Assembly: GCA_039028335.1 (NCBI GenBank)
Contig: JBCCIF010000001.1
Location: forward strand, 33,090-97,089
Reading direction: 5' to 3'
DNA length: 64,000 nt
Source of the DNA: Bacteroidota bacterium
GTDB taxonomy: Bacteria; Bacteroidota; Bacteroidia; Flavobacteriales_D; JABDKJ01
This document shows, piece after piece, positions 27,448-36,281 of this stretch; position 1 is the first letter of the stretch, and each line of letters opens with the position of its first letter. The notes under the pieces were generated by a model that was not told where the DNA came from, searched no databases, and saw nothing but the letters and a program-made list of their open reading frames with translations. Both the position numbers and the translations under genes were made by a program.

Positions 27448-28491
27448 TTGAAAAAGCAATGTACCTTTAGAGCAGTGAATTTAAATTTAGATAGCCACAA
27501 CCACATTCTTGTGTGTCCCCTCGATTGGGGACTTGGTCATTCCACACGTTGTATTCCTCTAATCGATCAGTTCTTAAGATTAGGCAAGCAGGTTTCAATC
27601 GCTGGAAATGGTGGTTCCCTGGAATTATTAAAGTTGGAGTTTCCCGACCTCATTTTTTTTGAATTGCCGGCTTATAATATTTCCTACCCCAAGAAGGGAA
27701 AATACTTTTTGTGGCATATGGGTTTCCAAAGCAAAAAAATTTTGCAAGCCATTCTTCGTGAAAAGAAAGAAGTGGAACGCATTCTGGAAAATTCATCGAT
27801 AGACTTGATCCTTTCCGATAATCGATTCGGATGTTATCATAAAGACATTTATTCAGTTTTCTTAAGCCATCAGGTTAATATGTCCTTACCACAAGGGTTC
27901 AACTGGTTGAATCGTATTAATAAGCAATTTATATCCCGATTTAATGAGCTATGGATCCCAGATTTTGAAGGCCCTGATAATCTCACTGGTGAGCTTTCGA
28001 ATGCTGAAGGAATGGATGCTAAATATATAGGTCCGCTCAGTCGATTTAAAAGATGTGAAAAAAGCACAAACATGACTTATGATCTTCTTTGCATACTATC
28101 TGGGCCTGAACCACAAAGAAGTATTTTTGAAGCAGCGGTAAGGAGAAAAATGCTCTCTTCAAAACTCAAGTGTGCACTTCTTAGGGGTGTTCCCAATGAA
28201 CCGAGTAAAAGCAAATTTGAGAATATTGATATTTGGGGTCACTTAAGAGGAACGGATTTAAATGATTTGATTAATCAAAGTAAATGGGTCCTTTGTCGCG
28301 CAGGGTATTCAAGTATTATGGATTTATATCAACTCCAGAAAGAAGCCATTCTGGTGCCAACACCCGGTCAGACAGAGCAAGAATATTTAGCCCGCTATTT
28401 AGATGGTCGAAAAGGATTTACCTTTATCAATCAAGATGAACTAGAACGTTTTGTTTTCGAGGATGAATTGCGCAACGTCTTTGCCAACTAA
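27448..28491 (+). CDS. glycosyltransferase (MurG/UDP-glycosyltransferase-like fold)
   Basis: 347-aa ORF. N-terminal ILVCPLDWGLGHSTRC and C-terminal RAGYSSIMD...PTPGQTEQEYLA resemble GT28-C/GT1-type enzymes. The start is uncertain (TTG at 27448 or GTG at 27475). Confidence 0.65.
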   Translation: MKKQCTFRAVNLNLDSHNHILVCPLDWGLGHSTRCIPLIDQFLRLGKQVSIAGNGGSLELLKLEFPDLIFFELPAYNISYPKKGKYFLWHMGFQSKKILQAILREKKEVERILENSSIDLILSDNRFGCYHKDIYSVFLSHQVNMSLPQGFNWLNRINKQFISRFNELWIPDFEGPDNLTGELSNAEGMDAKYIGPLSRFKRCEKSTNMTYDLLCILSGPEPQRSIFEAAVRRKMLSSKLKCALLRGVPNEPSKSKFENIDIWGHLRGTDLNDLINQSKWVLCRAGYSSIMDLYQLQKEAILVPTPGQTEQEYLARYLDGRKGFTFINQDELERFVFEDELRNVFAN

Positions 28492-29019
28492 AAAGCGAAT
28501 GTCTTTTCCTTGTTGCAAGTTTTCTCGGATATAAGTAGAAGAAATGTCGAGTTTTGGAGCAGCTATTTGCTTTGCATTTTTCAATTCGAGATGATTGTTC
28601 GAAGAGGTAGTTCTTGGATAGACATAGAAAAAATTTTCAGCAATAATGTCTTCTCCATTTTTCCATTTTGGAAGTCCTTCTAAAATATCTTCTCCGATAA
28701 TTATTGAAAATTGATGCTCAGGGAAACGATTCCTCAACTCTTTTAAGGTGAAGTAGGTATAAGAAGGCTTAGGCAATTCGAACTCAATATCGCATGGCTT
28801 TATATTTTCATGACCTTTCAGAGCAACTTTTAATAAATCGAGGCGGAGCTCTTCATTCCAAAGTCCCTTTTTTTCTTTGAATGGGTTCTGAGGGGAAATC
28901 ACCATCCACACCTCATCGATTTCCTCATTTTGCCATAGGTAATTGGCAATTGATAAATGGCCTATATGTACTGGATTAAACGATCCAAAAAACAGGCCGA
29001 CTTTAAGCATTGCTGACAA
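28441..29019 (-). CDS. nadD: nicotinate-nucleotide adenylyltransferase
   Basis: 192-aa ORF with GLFFGSFNPVHIGH (the (H/T)xGH motif) and ISSTYIR. Confidence 0.9.
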   Translation of the reverse strand: MSAMLKVGLFFGSFNPVHIGHLSIANYLWQNEEIDEVWMVISPQNPFKEKKGLWNEELRLDLLKVALKGHENIKPCDIEFELPKPSYTYFTLKELRNRFPEHQFSIIIGEDILEGLPKWKNGEDIIAENFFYVYPRTTSSNNHLELKNAKQIAAPKLDISSTYIRENLQQGKDIRFLVGKDVAQFILENKTF

Positions 29020-29584
29020 AATTTTTGGTGAGTTCCATCAATTCGTTTTTTGCCTTATCTAAGGCATCATTTATTAAGATATAATCGAATTGAGAAGCAG
29101 TTTTCATTTCTTCTTCAGCTTTATCAAGCCGCATCAAAATTTCTTCTTCTTTTTCGGTTTCTCTTTTTCTGAGCCGTTCTTCTAGCACGTCCATATGACC
29201 TGGACTAACGAATATTGCCAAGGCGCAGTCTCCCATTTTTTTCTTTAAATGTAATCCTCCAATAACATCGACATCAAAAACAACATGTTTGTTTTTAGAC
29301 CAAATTCGCTCTACTTCTTGATTCAATGTTCCGTAAAACCTTCCTTCATAAACCTCTTCCCATTCCAAGAATTCATTATTTCTAATCCTTGATTTAAACT
29401 CTTCATCGCTTAGGAAATAATAATCCTTTCCATCTTCTTCTCCTTTTCTTTTTGGGCGATTGGTTGCAGAAATAGAGAAACAAAGGTCAGTTCTTTCGCT
29501 GAGCAAATGTCTGACTAAAGTTGTTTTACCGGCTCCAGAAGGAGCCGAAACGATTATTGATTTTCCTAGAAAGTCAGAGGACAT
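29003..29584 (-). CDS. gmk: guanylate kinase
   Basis: 193-aa ORF with the P-loop SAPSGAGKTTL and the GMP-binding region ATNRPKRKGEEDGKDYYF. Confidence 0.93.
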   Translation of the reverse strand: MSSDFLGKSIIVSAPSGAGKTTLVRHLLSERTDLCFSISATNRPKRKGEEDGKDYYFLSDEEFKSRIRNNEFLEWEEVYEGRFYGTLNQEVERIWSKNKHVVFDVDVIGGLHLKKKMGDCALAIFVSPGHMDVLEERLRKRETEKEEEILMRLDKAEEEMKTASQFDYILINDALDKAKNELMELTKNFVSNA

Positions 29585-30461
29585 TGAGAACCTGTTCCTT
29601 GATGCGTTCTAAATTGTCTTTCATCTCGACCACAATTTTTTGCATTTCAGCATTGTAGGACTTTGCCCCGAGGGTGTTGATTTCTCTTCCCATTTCCTGG
29701 GTAATGAACCCAAGCTTCTTACCATTCGAATCATTAAGAGCCAAGGTCTCCGAGAAATACTTTAAATGGCTGCTCAATCGAACAAATTCTTCATTGACGT
29801 CCATTTTCTCAATGTAATAGATTAGCTCCTGTTCGAATCGGGTTTCATCAACATTCTCTTTGTCTATTGTCTTTTCTAGAGCAGATCTGATTCTTGTCTT
29901 TACAAGCTCGATCCGTTCTTCGGAAATAGGTTGTATGGTGGAAAGCAGTGATGTTATATTAGCGATTGATTGCGTGAGGTCTTTTTCAAGTTTTTCCCCT
30001 TCGTCTTTTCTAAAACCAGTCAATTTTTTAGCAGCTTCTTGAACCAGATTAGAAACCAATTCCCATTCTGAGTCATCAATTTCAGCAATTTCTGTTTGCA
30101 TCATCTCAGGCATACGAACCAAAACAGAAGTGTAGTCAATTGTCTTAAATTCCAATTCCTTTTCAAGAGATTTGATTTCATTGAAATAAATCCGGGCCAT
30201 ACTTTTGTTGAGTGCAGCTTTCTTATTTGTTCCGCCAGAACAGGTGATGATACACTCTACCTTTCCCCTTCTGATTTCGGTATTGATGAAAGACCGGAAT
30301 GCCAATTCTTTTTCCTTGTATTCAGATGGAATTTTAAAATAAACATCCAATTGTTTTGAATTAAGAGACCTCAATTCAACTATAATTTTTTTCTCCTCAA
30401 TACTTCCCTCCGCACGACCATATCCCGTCATTGATAGGACCATAGATTCAAATTTTTCCAA
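29574..30461 (-). CDS. yicC: YicC family stress-induced protein
   Basis: 295-aa ORF with SMTGYG near the N-terminus and the C-terminal EMGREINTLGAKS motif. The true start may be the ATG at 30443. Confidence 0.85.
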   Translation of the reverse strand: MEKFESMVLSMTGYGRAEGSIEEKKIIVELRSLNSKQLDVYFKIPSEYKEKELAFRSFINTEIRRGKVECIITCSGGTNKKAALNKSMARIYFNEIKSLEKELEFKTIDYTSVLVRMPEMMQTEIAEIDDSEWELVSNLVQEAAKKLTGFRKDEGEKLEKDLTQSIANITSLLSTIQPISEERIELVKTRIRSALEKTIDKENVDETRFEQELIYYIEKMDVNEEFVRLSSHLKYFSETLALNDSNGKKLGFITQEMGREINTLGAKSYNAEMQKIVVEMKDNLERIKEQVLNVL

Positions 30462-30584
30462 ATGTAATCATTTCAAAATCATCACTTTTGATTCAATTTA
30501 GATGAAGCGTAAGGATTAATTTAGTCTATATTAACTTTTCGATGAATAGACCGTTTATTGTGTTATACGTTATAGGTTAGGGAG

Positions 30585-32483
30585 ATGAGGAGAGTGCTGC
30601 TATCGATATTCGGTATTTTAATATGTATTTGCTGTAAAGCCAATGTATACTACATTGATGCGGCAGCCGGTTCGAATGGTACTGGCAGCTTAAATAATCC
30701 ATGGAATAATTTTTCGGATTTAGACCAAACTGTTCTTTTTCCAGGGGATATAGTCTATGTCAAAGCAGGAGAATATCTTGATCAACACATTGTTATGAAG
30801 CACAGTGGGCTTCCCAATCTTCCAATTGTGTTTAAGGGTTATAAATCTATTCCTGGAGATCAACCCGAAGCCCAATACCCGAGATATGGATTGAATGAAG
30901 AAGATATGCCGACCCTTTCTGGTACTAATCCCGGTGAAGGAATTGCAATAGATTTAAATGGGCACAGTCATATAGTGCTGGAAAATTTTCAAATTAGGAA
31001 TTTTAGGCTGGGAATACGCAATATGCGAGCTCCTCATGAACAATCGAACCACATCGTTTTAGAAAATATTGTTGGTCATACTTTTGGCTTACAAGTTAAT
31101 GGTAAATACAGTGGATGGGGCATTCTTGTAGATGATCAGCATTGGTCATTGAAGAATTGCGAAATTATCGATGCAGGAGCAGAATGCTTTGGAATATATG
31201 GTGATTACAATCAATTAAGGAAATGTCATGCCGCTAATTATTCGGACATCAATGCGACTGATTATTTTATAATGACCTGGGGTAATTCTAACATCTTCGA
31301 ACAATGCACGGTGCATCGAGCTTCGTATATTTCTTCCCATTCGGGTCATGGAATTGGTGTGAAGAATGGTGCCAATAATCAATTTTTAACATGCCTTTCG
31401 GTAAACACAAATAAGGGATTTTATGTAAGCGGACCGCAATGCCATCACAATTATTTTGGGAATTGTGTGGCCCAGAACGAAGTGGGTTTAGTTGTGCGTG
31501 AGGGAGCGCATCACAATACGTTTGATGCCTGCGTAATCACCAATACGGAAGTTGCGGTGCGATTTTTTGACTCAGAAGAATATGGAGAACAGCCATCGAG
31601 TGCTGGTTCTAATAACTTATTTGTCAATTGTCTTTTTGAACATAATAAAACGGCTATAGATATGTGGGATGGGGTGTACAATAGTCCTGTTCAATCAAAC
31701 CTATTTGCCAATTGCATTTTCAATGATGCAATCAATTTCTTTTCAACCAAGGCCCCCAATCAGGATAATTTGATTGTCAATTCGGTTATTTACAATATTC
31801 AACTCTACAAAGAAAATACACGACCTGCCATTACCGAACACAACAATTACCTATTCCGAAATTGTCGGCTTTGGAAAAATGATTTTTCCAAATCAATAAT
31901 TTCTGGTGATGGGAACATTGAGACAGACCCATTGTTTTTAAATGCATCGAATTCGGATTTTAGACCAAACCAAGATTCGAATCTCATAGATGCAGGACTA
32001 GATTCATTAATTACAGATTTTGATTTCATGGGCACATTTCGCCCTTATGATGGAGATAATAATGGTTCTTATTTCATGGATATTGGTATATATGAATTCA
32101 CTGAAGAATTGCTTCTTGCCGATTCTTCGGCTAATCAAATTGCTTCAGGTCAAATTGACCCCTTCAATTATGAGGATTCTATTGCTGTCATTGTAGGACA
32201 GAATCAAGTAACCAGTGATTTTTATTACGGTTCCTATGAGACTTCTAAGTATCGCGTTTATCCGACTCTTTTGAATGGTGATCAGCTCTTAAAAGTATTC
32301 ATTGAGCACAAGGAAAATTGTCCTCAACATTTGTCTTTGTCTGATGGCTTAGGAGATATTATAGCACATTGGGAACCTTGTTCGGAAGAAATCCTTCTTC
32401 CATTGAGTGTTGAAGGAGGGATATATTTTCTGAACTTCTTTCATGGAAAAAGCAAGGAAGTCCATCGATTAGTTATTCAGTAA
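30585..32483 (+). CDS. right-handed parallel beta-helix repeat protein, probable T9SS type-A cargo
   Basis: 632-aa ORF with a signal peptide. N-terminus YYIDAAAGSNGTGSLNNPW is typical of pectate-lyase-fold proteins, followed by repetitive N/G/I-rich turns. The C-terminus YRVYPTLLNGDQLLKVF...GGIYFLNF...RLVIQ resembles Por_Secre_tail. Confidence 0.7.
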   Translation: MRRVLLSIFGILICICCKANVYYIDAAAGSNGTGSLNNPWNNFSDLDQTVLFPGDIVYVKAGEYLDQHIVMKHSGLPNLPIVFKGYKSIPGDQPEAQYPRYGLNEEDMPTLSGTNPGEGIAIDLNGHSHIVLENFQIRNFRLGIRNMRAPHEQSNHIVLENIVGHTFGLQVNGKYSGWGILVDDQHWSLKNCEIIDAGAECFGIYGDYNQLRKCHAANYSDINATDYFIMTWGNSNIFEQCTVHRASYISSHSGHGIGVKNGANNQFLTCLSVNTNKGFYVSGPQCHHNYFGNCVAQNEVGLVVREGAHHNTFDACVITNTEVAVRFFDSEEYGEQPSSAGSNNLFVNCLFEHNKTAIDMWDGVYNSPVQSNLFANCIFNDAINFFSTKAPNQDNLIVNSVIYNIQLYKENTRPAITEHNNYLFRNCRLWKNDFSKSIISGDGNIETDPLFLNASNSDFRPNQDSNLIDAGLDSLITDFDFMGTFRPYDGDNNGSYFMDIGIYEFTEELLLADSSANQIASGQIDPFNYEDSIAVIVGQNQVTSDFYYGSYETSKYRVYPTLLNGDQLLKVFIEHKENCPQHLSLSDGLGDIIAHWEPCSEEILLPLSVEGGIYFLNFFHGKSKEVHRLVIQ

Positions 32484-33399
32484 CCTGTTTTCTTGGAATG
32501 GCGACAAAAAACACACCCAGAAAAATCAAAAGAGCGCTGAAAGATTTACTTAGATTGATTTCACTAGTGTAGTCCGTTACATCATTCCCCAATGAAGAGA
32601 GAACAAGGAAATAAACCCATGAAAAAAAAGCTGCCGCAATCGGTTGAGTGAATGTAAAAGAACTGACTATTGTAGGACTTATTTTGCTCAAAGCGTAAAT
32701 GCTCAGGAAATAGACTATGAAAGTCACAAACACAACTACGAACAAAATGGAAAATAGCTCATGGCCGCTTAATTCAGTCCATTCAACAACAGTGAATTGA
32801 TTCCATCCAAAAGGAATTATCATAATTGTTCCGAATAGAAACAGCCAGGATAAAACAGTTAATGGTCGGTACTTTATCATCATTTTCTTAACCAGAACAA
32901 GGTACAGACCATAAGAGAATGCATTAATAGCGCACATCACGTCACCTTGCCATGAGGCAATCTTACTCGATTGGTTACTTACGACAACCATATATGCAAA
33001 TCCTACAGATCCGAGCAATAAGCCCAATAATTTACGATGCGTTATTTTTTCTCTAAAGAATGAAATAGATAGAATGAATACCGATATAGGTATGGTAATC
33101 ATTATCAAAGAGGCATTAATAGGAGAGGTTAAATTCAAGCCATTCAGAAAGAGAACTTGATTGACAAAAACGCCAAAAAATGAACACAATGCGAGATAGG
33201 CTAAATCAGGCCTAGTTACTTTCTGCCATTTGAAGGCAAAAAAGAACCAAAAAAGAAGACATGCTCCACATATTCTGCAAAATACCAATCCAGTTGGGCC
33301 AATTACATCGGGCATGATACCTTTTGCAATCACATAGTTTGCTCCGTAAATGAGTTGAACGCCAACAAGCGCAAGATATGGTAAGAGGCCTTTCTTCAA
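32473..33399 (-). CDS. EamA/DMT family transporter
   Basis: 308-aa ORF with about 10 TM segments and the two-EamA-repeat organisation. Confidence 0.8.
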   Translation of the reverse strand: MKKGLLPYLALVGVQLIYGANYVIAKGIMPDVIGPTGLVFCRICGACLLFWFFFAFKWQKVTRPDLAYLALCSFFGVFVNQVLFLNGLNLTSPINASLIMITIPISVFILSISFFREKITHRKLLGLLLGSVGFAYMVVVSNQSSKIASWQGDVMCAINAFSYGLYLVLVKKMMIKYRPLTVLSWLFLFGTIMIIPFGWNQFTVVEWTELSGHELFSILFVVVFVTFIVYFLSIYALSKISPTIVSSFTFTQPIAAAFFSWVYFLVLSSLGNDVTDYTSEINLSKSFSALLIFLGVFFVAIPRKQVTE

Positions 33400-33749
33400 G
33401 AATGGATTTTGGTCTTTAAAGCTTCGACTACCTTTTTAGAATTTCCGATAAAGATCTCATCGTCCACAATTGCCACAGGTCTTTTTAAAAAGGTGTATTC
33501 TTCTAAGATGAGATTTTTCATTTCGAAATCGGTCAATTCTACTTCGTGCAAGCCCATGGATCTGTATTTCATAGATCGTTTGCTGAAAAGCGATTCAACC
33601 GAGCCAGAAAGTGCTATTATCTCATTCAATTTATTTTCACATAGACGTTCAGTCTTGATATCTTGCAACTCAAAATTCTTTGGGAGTTCAATCTCTTTCA
33701 TAATTCTTTTGCAGGTTGAACAGGTGCTTAAATAGTAGAATTTCCGCAT
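33396..33749 (-). CDS. ArsC/Spx-family (glutaredoxin-like) protein
   Basis: I prefer the ATG at 33749 (MRKFYYLSTCSTCKRIMKEI, the family's typical start with a redox Cys). The 48-codon extension in the track runs into the divergent neighbour. Confidence 0.8.
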   Translation of the reverse strand: MRKFYYLSTCSTCKRIMKEIELPKNFELQDIKTERLCENKLNEIIALSGSVESLFSKRSMKYRSMGLHEVELTDFEMKNLILEEYTFLKRPVAIVDDEIFIGNSKKVVEALKTKIHS

Positions 33750-33847
33750 ATCAAAAGATTTCTGCGAATTAATGACTTTTATTCTAATTTCAACTCCGCT
33801 AAAGTAGAAGACTGGAAAGAACAGAAGACATAAGAAAACGCTTGAGT

Positions 33848-35005
33848 ATGCGTAGGGTTGTGATTCCGATTTTAATTGGGCTTGCGGCAGCATCTTATGT
33901 GTTTTACAATAGCATTACAGAGGTTCATTTTGAGCGTGTTGAGCAGGGTAATTATCAAGTTGTAGAATCCTTAAGCTTGGATGAAATAGATGTCAAAAAT
34001 CCCGACCATTTCCAGGAGGTGGAAGAAGAAAAAGGAGACTACGATCGGATTACATATAGAGAAACGCTTGAGAGAATCGATTGGTCATATTTAACGGCAT
34101 TTTGGATTCTCCTTGCCTGCATATGTGTTGGCATAAGGCTTTATGGATATGTACTGCGTTTGAGAATATTAACGGATAAAACCCTGTCTTGGCGCAAATG
34201 TTTAGACGTCATCATTATTTGGGAATTTGCCTCCGCTTTGACACCTTCCGTTGTCGGTGGAGCTGGATTTGCCGTGTGGTTTCTTTATAAGGAAGGTTTT
34301 TCTGCGGGTAAATCGACTGGAATAGTTATGATAACGGCCATGCTGGACGAGCTATTTTATATAATCATGGTTCCATTCGTTTTTCTCTTTCTGAGCGCAG
34401 AACTGATCTTCCCCAAAACCTGGAATACAGAAATAATGGGCTTTACCTTTAGCACAACTGGCTTCTTCTGGTTGGGCTATTTCTTTCTATTGATTTTAAC
34501 CTCTCTCATAATTTATGGAGTATTTATTTCTCCGAGACGCGTAAAATTTTTATTGCTCAAGTTCTTTAAATTACCATGGTTAAGGAGGTGGAAATACAAT
34601 GTAATTAAATGGGGAGATGATCTTATTGTCACGTCAAAAGAGTTGAAAGGAAAACCTAAAAAGTATTGGTTGACTTCTTTCGGAGCCACTTTTTTGTCAT
34701 GGACCTCAAGGTATTTAGTAGTCAATTGCTTAATTGCTGCATTGGTGGTGGTTAACGATCATTTCTTGATCTATGCTAAACAATTGTGCATGTGGATAAT
34801 TATGCTCATCAGCCCAACACCTGGGAGCAGCGGATTGGCTGAGATTGTTTTCGCAGCTTTTTTTGGTGAGGATATCCTGCCCGTTCATCTTGCCGGACCT
34901 TTATCTATTTTATGGCGAATATTGACTTACTTTTTGTATATATTTCTTGGAGTAGTCGTTTTTCCGAGATGGTTAAGAAGAGTGTCAAAGCCAAAAATTG
35001 CGTGA
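33848..35005 (+). CDS. flippase-like / UPF0104 (lysyl-PG synthase TM-region-like) membrane protein
   Basis: Polytopic membrane ORF with SPTPGSSGLAEIVF near the C-terminus. I prefer the ATG at 33848 over the TTG at 33842. Confidence 0.6.
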   Translation: MRRVVIPILIGLAAASYVFYNSITEVHFERVEQGNYQVVESLSLDEIDVKNPDHFQEVEEEKGDYDRITYRETLERIDWSYLTAFWILLACICVGIRLYGYVLRLRILTDKTLSWRKCLDVIIIWEFASALTPSVVGGAGFAVWFLYKEGFSAGKSTGIVMITAMLDELFYIIMVPFVFLFLSAELIFPKTWNTEIMGFTFSTTGFFWLGYFFLLILTSLIIYGVFISPRRVKFLLLKFFKLPWLRRWKYNVIKWGDDLIVTSKELKGKPKKYWLTSFGATFLSWTSRYLVVNCLIAALVVVNDHFLIYAKQLCMWIIMLISPTPGSSGLAEIVFAAFFGEDILPVHLAGPLSILWRILTYFLYIFLGVVVFPRWLRRVSKPKIA

Positions 35006-35051
35006 CAGGTATTCTTCTATTTTTTACATTTGCCGCAAATCAGAAAGGCAT

Positions 35052-36191
35052 ATGAAATTTGGTACAAAGACAATTCATGCGGGGCTAGAGTCTGACCCTT
35101 CTACTGGGGCAATCATGACGCCTATTTTTCAAACCTCTACTTATGTGCAACAGGGCATTGGCAAACACAAAGGATTTGAGTATTCGAGAACACAGAATCC
35201 GACACGGATTGCACTTGAAAAGAATTTAGCATCTCTCGAGAATGCGAGGTTCGGTTTGGCTTTTGCCAGCGGAATGTCGGCCATCGATGCCATAGTTAAA
35301 TTATTGAAGCCTGGAGATGAGGTCATTTCGTGCAGTGACCTTTATGGAGGATCGTATAGAGTTTTTACTAAAATATTTGAACCTCTAGGGATTAAATTCA
35401 CTTTCAACAATATGAACAATATTGATGAGATTGATTCCTTGATAACGGACAAGACGCGCATGATTTGGGTTGAAACCCCTACAAACCCTACCATTAAGGT
35501 ATTAAATCTAGATGCCATTAAGAATGCGATTGCTGGAATGGAAATTCTTTTCTGCGTGGACAATACCTTTGCATCTCCGTTTTTACAAAACCCACTTGAT
35601 CTAGGTGCTGATATTGTCATGCATTCAGTTACCAAATACCTAGGCGGACACAGCGATGTTATCATGGGTGCTGCGATGACCAATAATGAAGAAATTGCCG
35701 AGAAGTTATATTTCATTCAAAATTCGTGCGGAGCAGTTCCTTCTCCAAATGATTGCTTTTTAGTATTGAGAGGTGTGAAGACCTTGCATCTTCGCATGGA
35801 AAGGCACTGTCAAAACGCGTTGAGGATAGCTCAGTATTTGAGCAGTCATCCGAAAGTTGCAAAAGTTAATTATCCAGGACTTGTCGACAATGCTTACCAT
35901 TATCTAGCTAAAGAGCAGATGAAAGGTTTCGGAGGTATGGTTTCATTCTCGCTGAAAGGAGATGATTTAGAAGAAGCAAGTCGTATCGCACAATCAACTA
36001 AATACTTTTTATTGGCTGAATCTTTAGGAGGTGTAGAGTCTTTGATAGGTCATCCTGCTACTATGACACATGCTGCGATTCCAAAAGAAGAGCGAGTTAA
36101 AACAGGTGTTTTTGATTCCTTGTTGCGCTTAAGCGTTGGAATTGAGGATGTTGACGATTTAATTGAAGATTTGAAGACGGCCATGGGTTAA
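35052..36191 (+). CDS. Cys/Met-metabolism PLP enzyme (cystathionine gamma-synthase / beta-lyase family)
   Basis: [11 protein letters not shown] start and the PLP-lysine motif [13 protein letters not shown] prefer the ATG at 35052. Confidence 0.9.
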   Translation: MKFGTKTIHAGLESDPSTGAIMTPIFQTSTYVQQGIGKHKGFEYSRTQNPTRIALEKNLASLENARFGLAFASGMSAIDAIVKLLKPGDEVISCSDLYGGSYRVFTKIFEPLGIKFTFNNMNNIDEIDSLITDKTRMIWVETPTNPTIKVLNLDAIKNAIAGMEILFCVDNTFASPFLQNPLDLGADIVMHSVTKYLGGHSDVIMGAAMTNNEEIAEKLYFIQNSCGAVPSPNDCFLVLRGVKTLHLRMERHCQNALRIAQYLSSHPKVAKVNYPGLVDNAYHYLAKEQMKGFGGMVSFSLKGDDLEEASRIAQSTKYFLLAESLGGVESLIGHPATMTHAAIPKEERVKTGVFDSLLRLSVGIEDVDDLIEDLKTAMG

Positions 36192-36281
36192 TTTAAAAAC
36201 CCTATTTATTTTGCGCTTTTGACTGTAGGTTGAATTGCTAGTCCATTGTATTAGAGGTATATTGTATCAATTTTGAAACTT

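Noticed and set aside
33750-33893. 48-codon N-terminal extension of the ArsC-family ORF
   Set aside because: The family normally begins at the MxxxYxxxxCSTC region, which starts at the ATG at 33749. The extension overlaps the divergent UPF0104 gene start.
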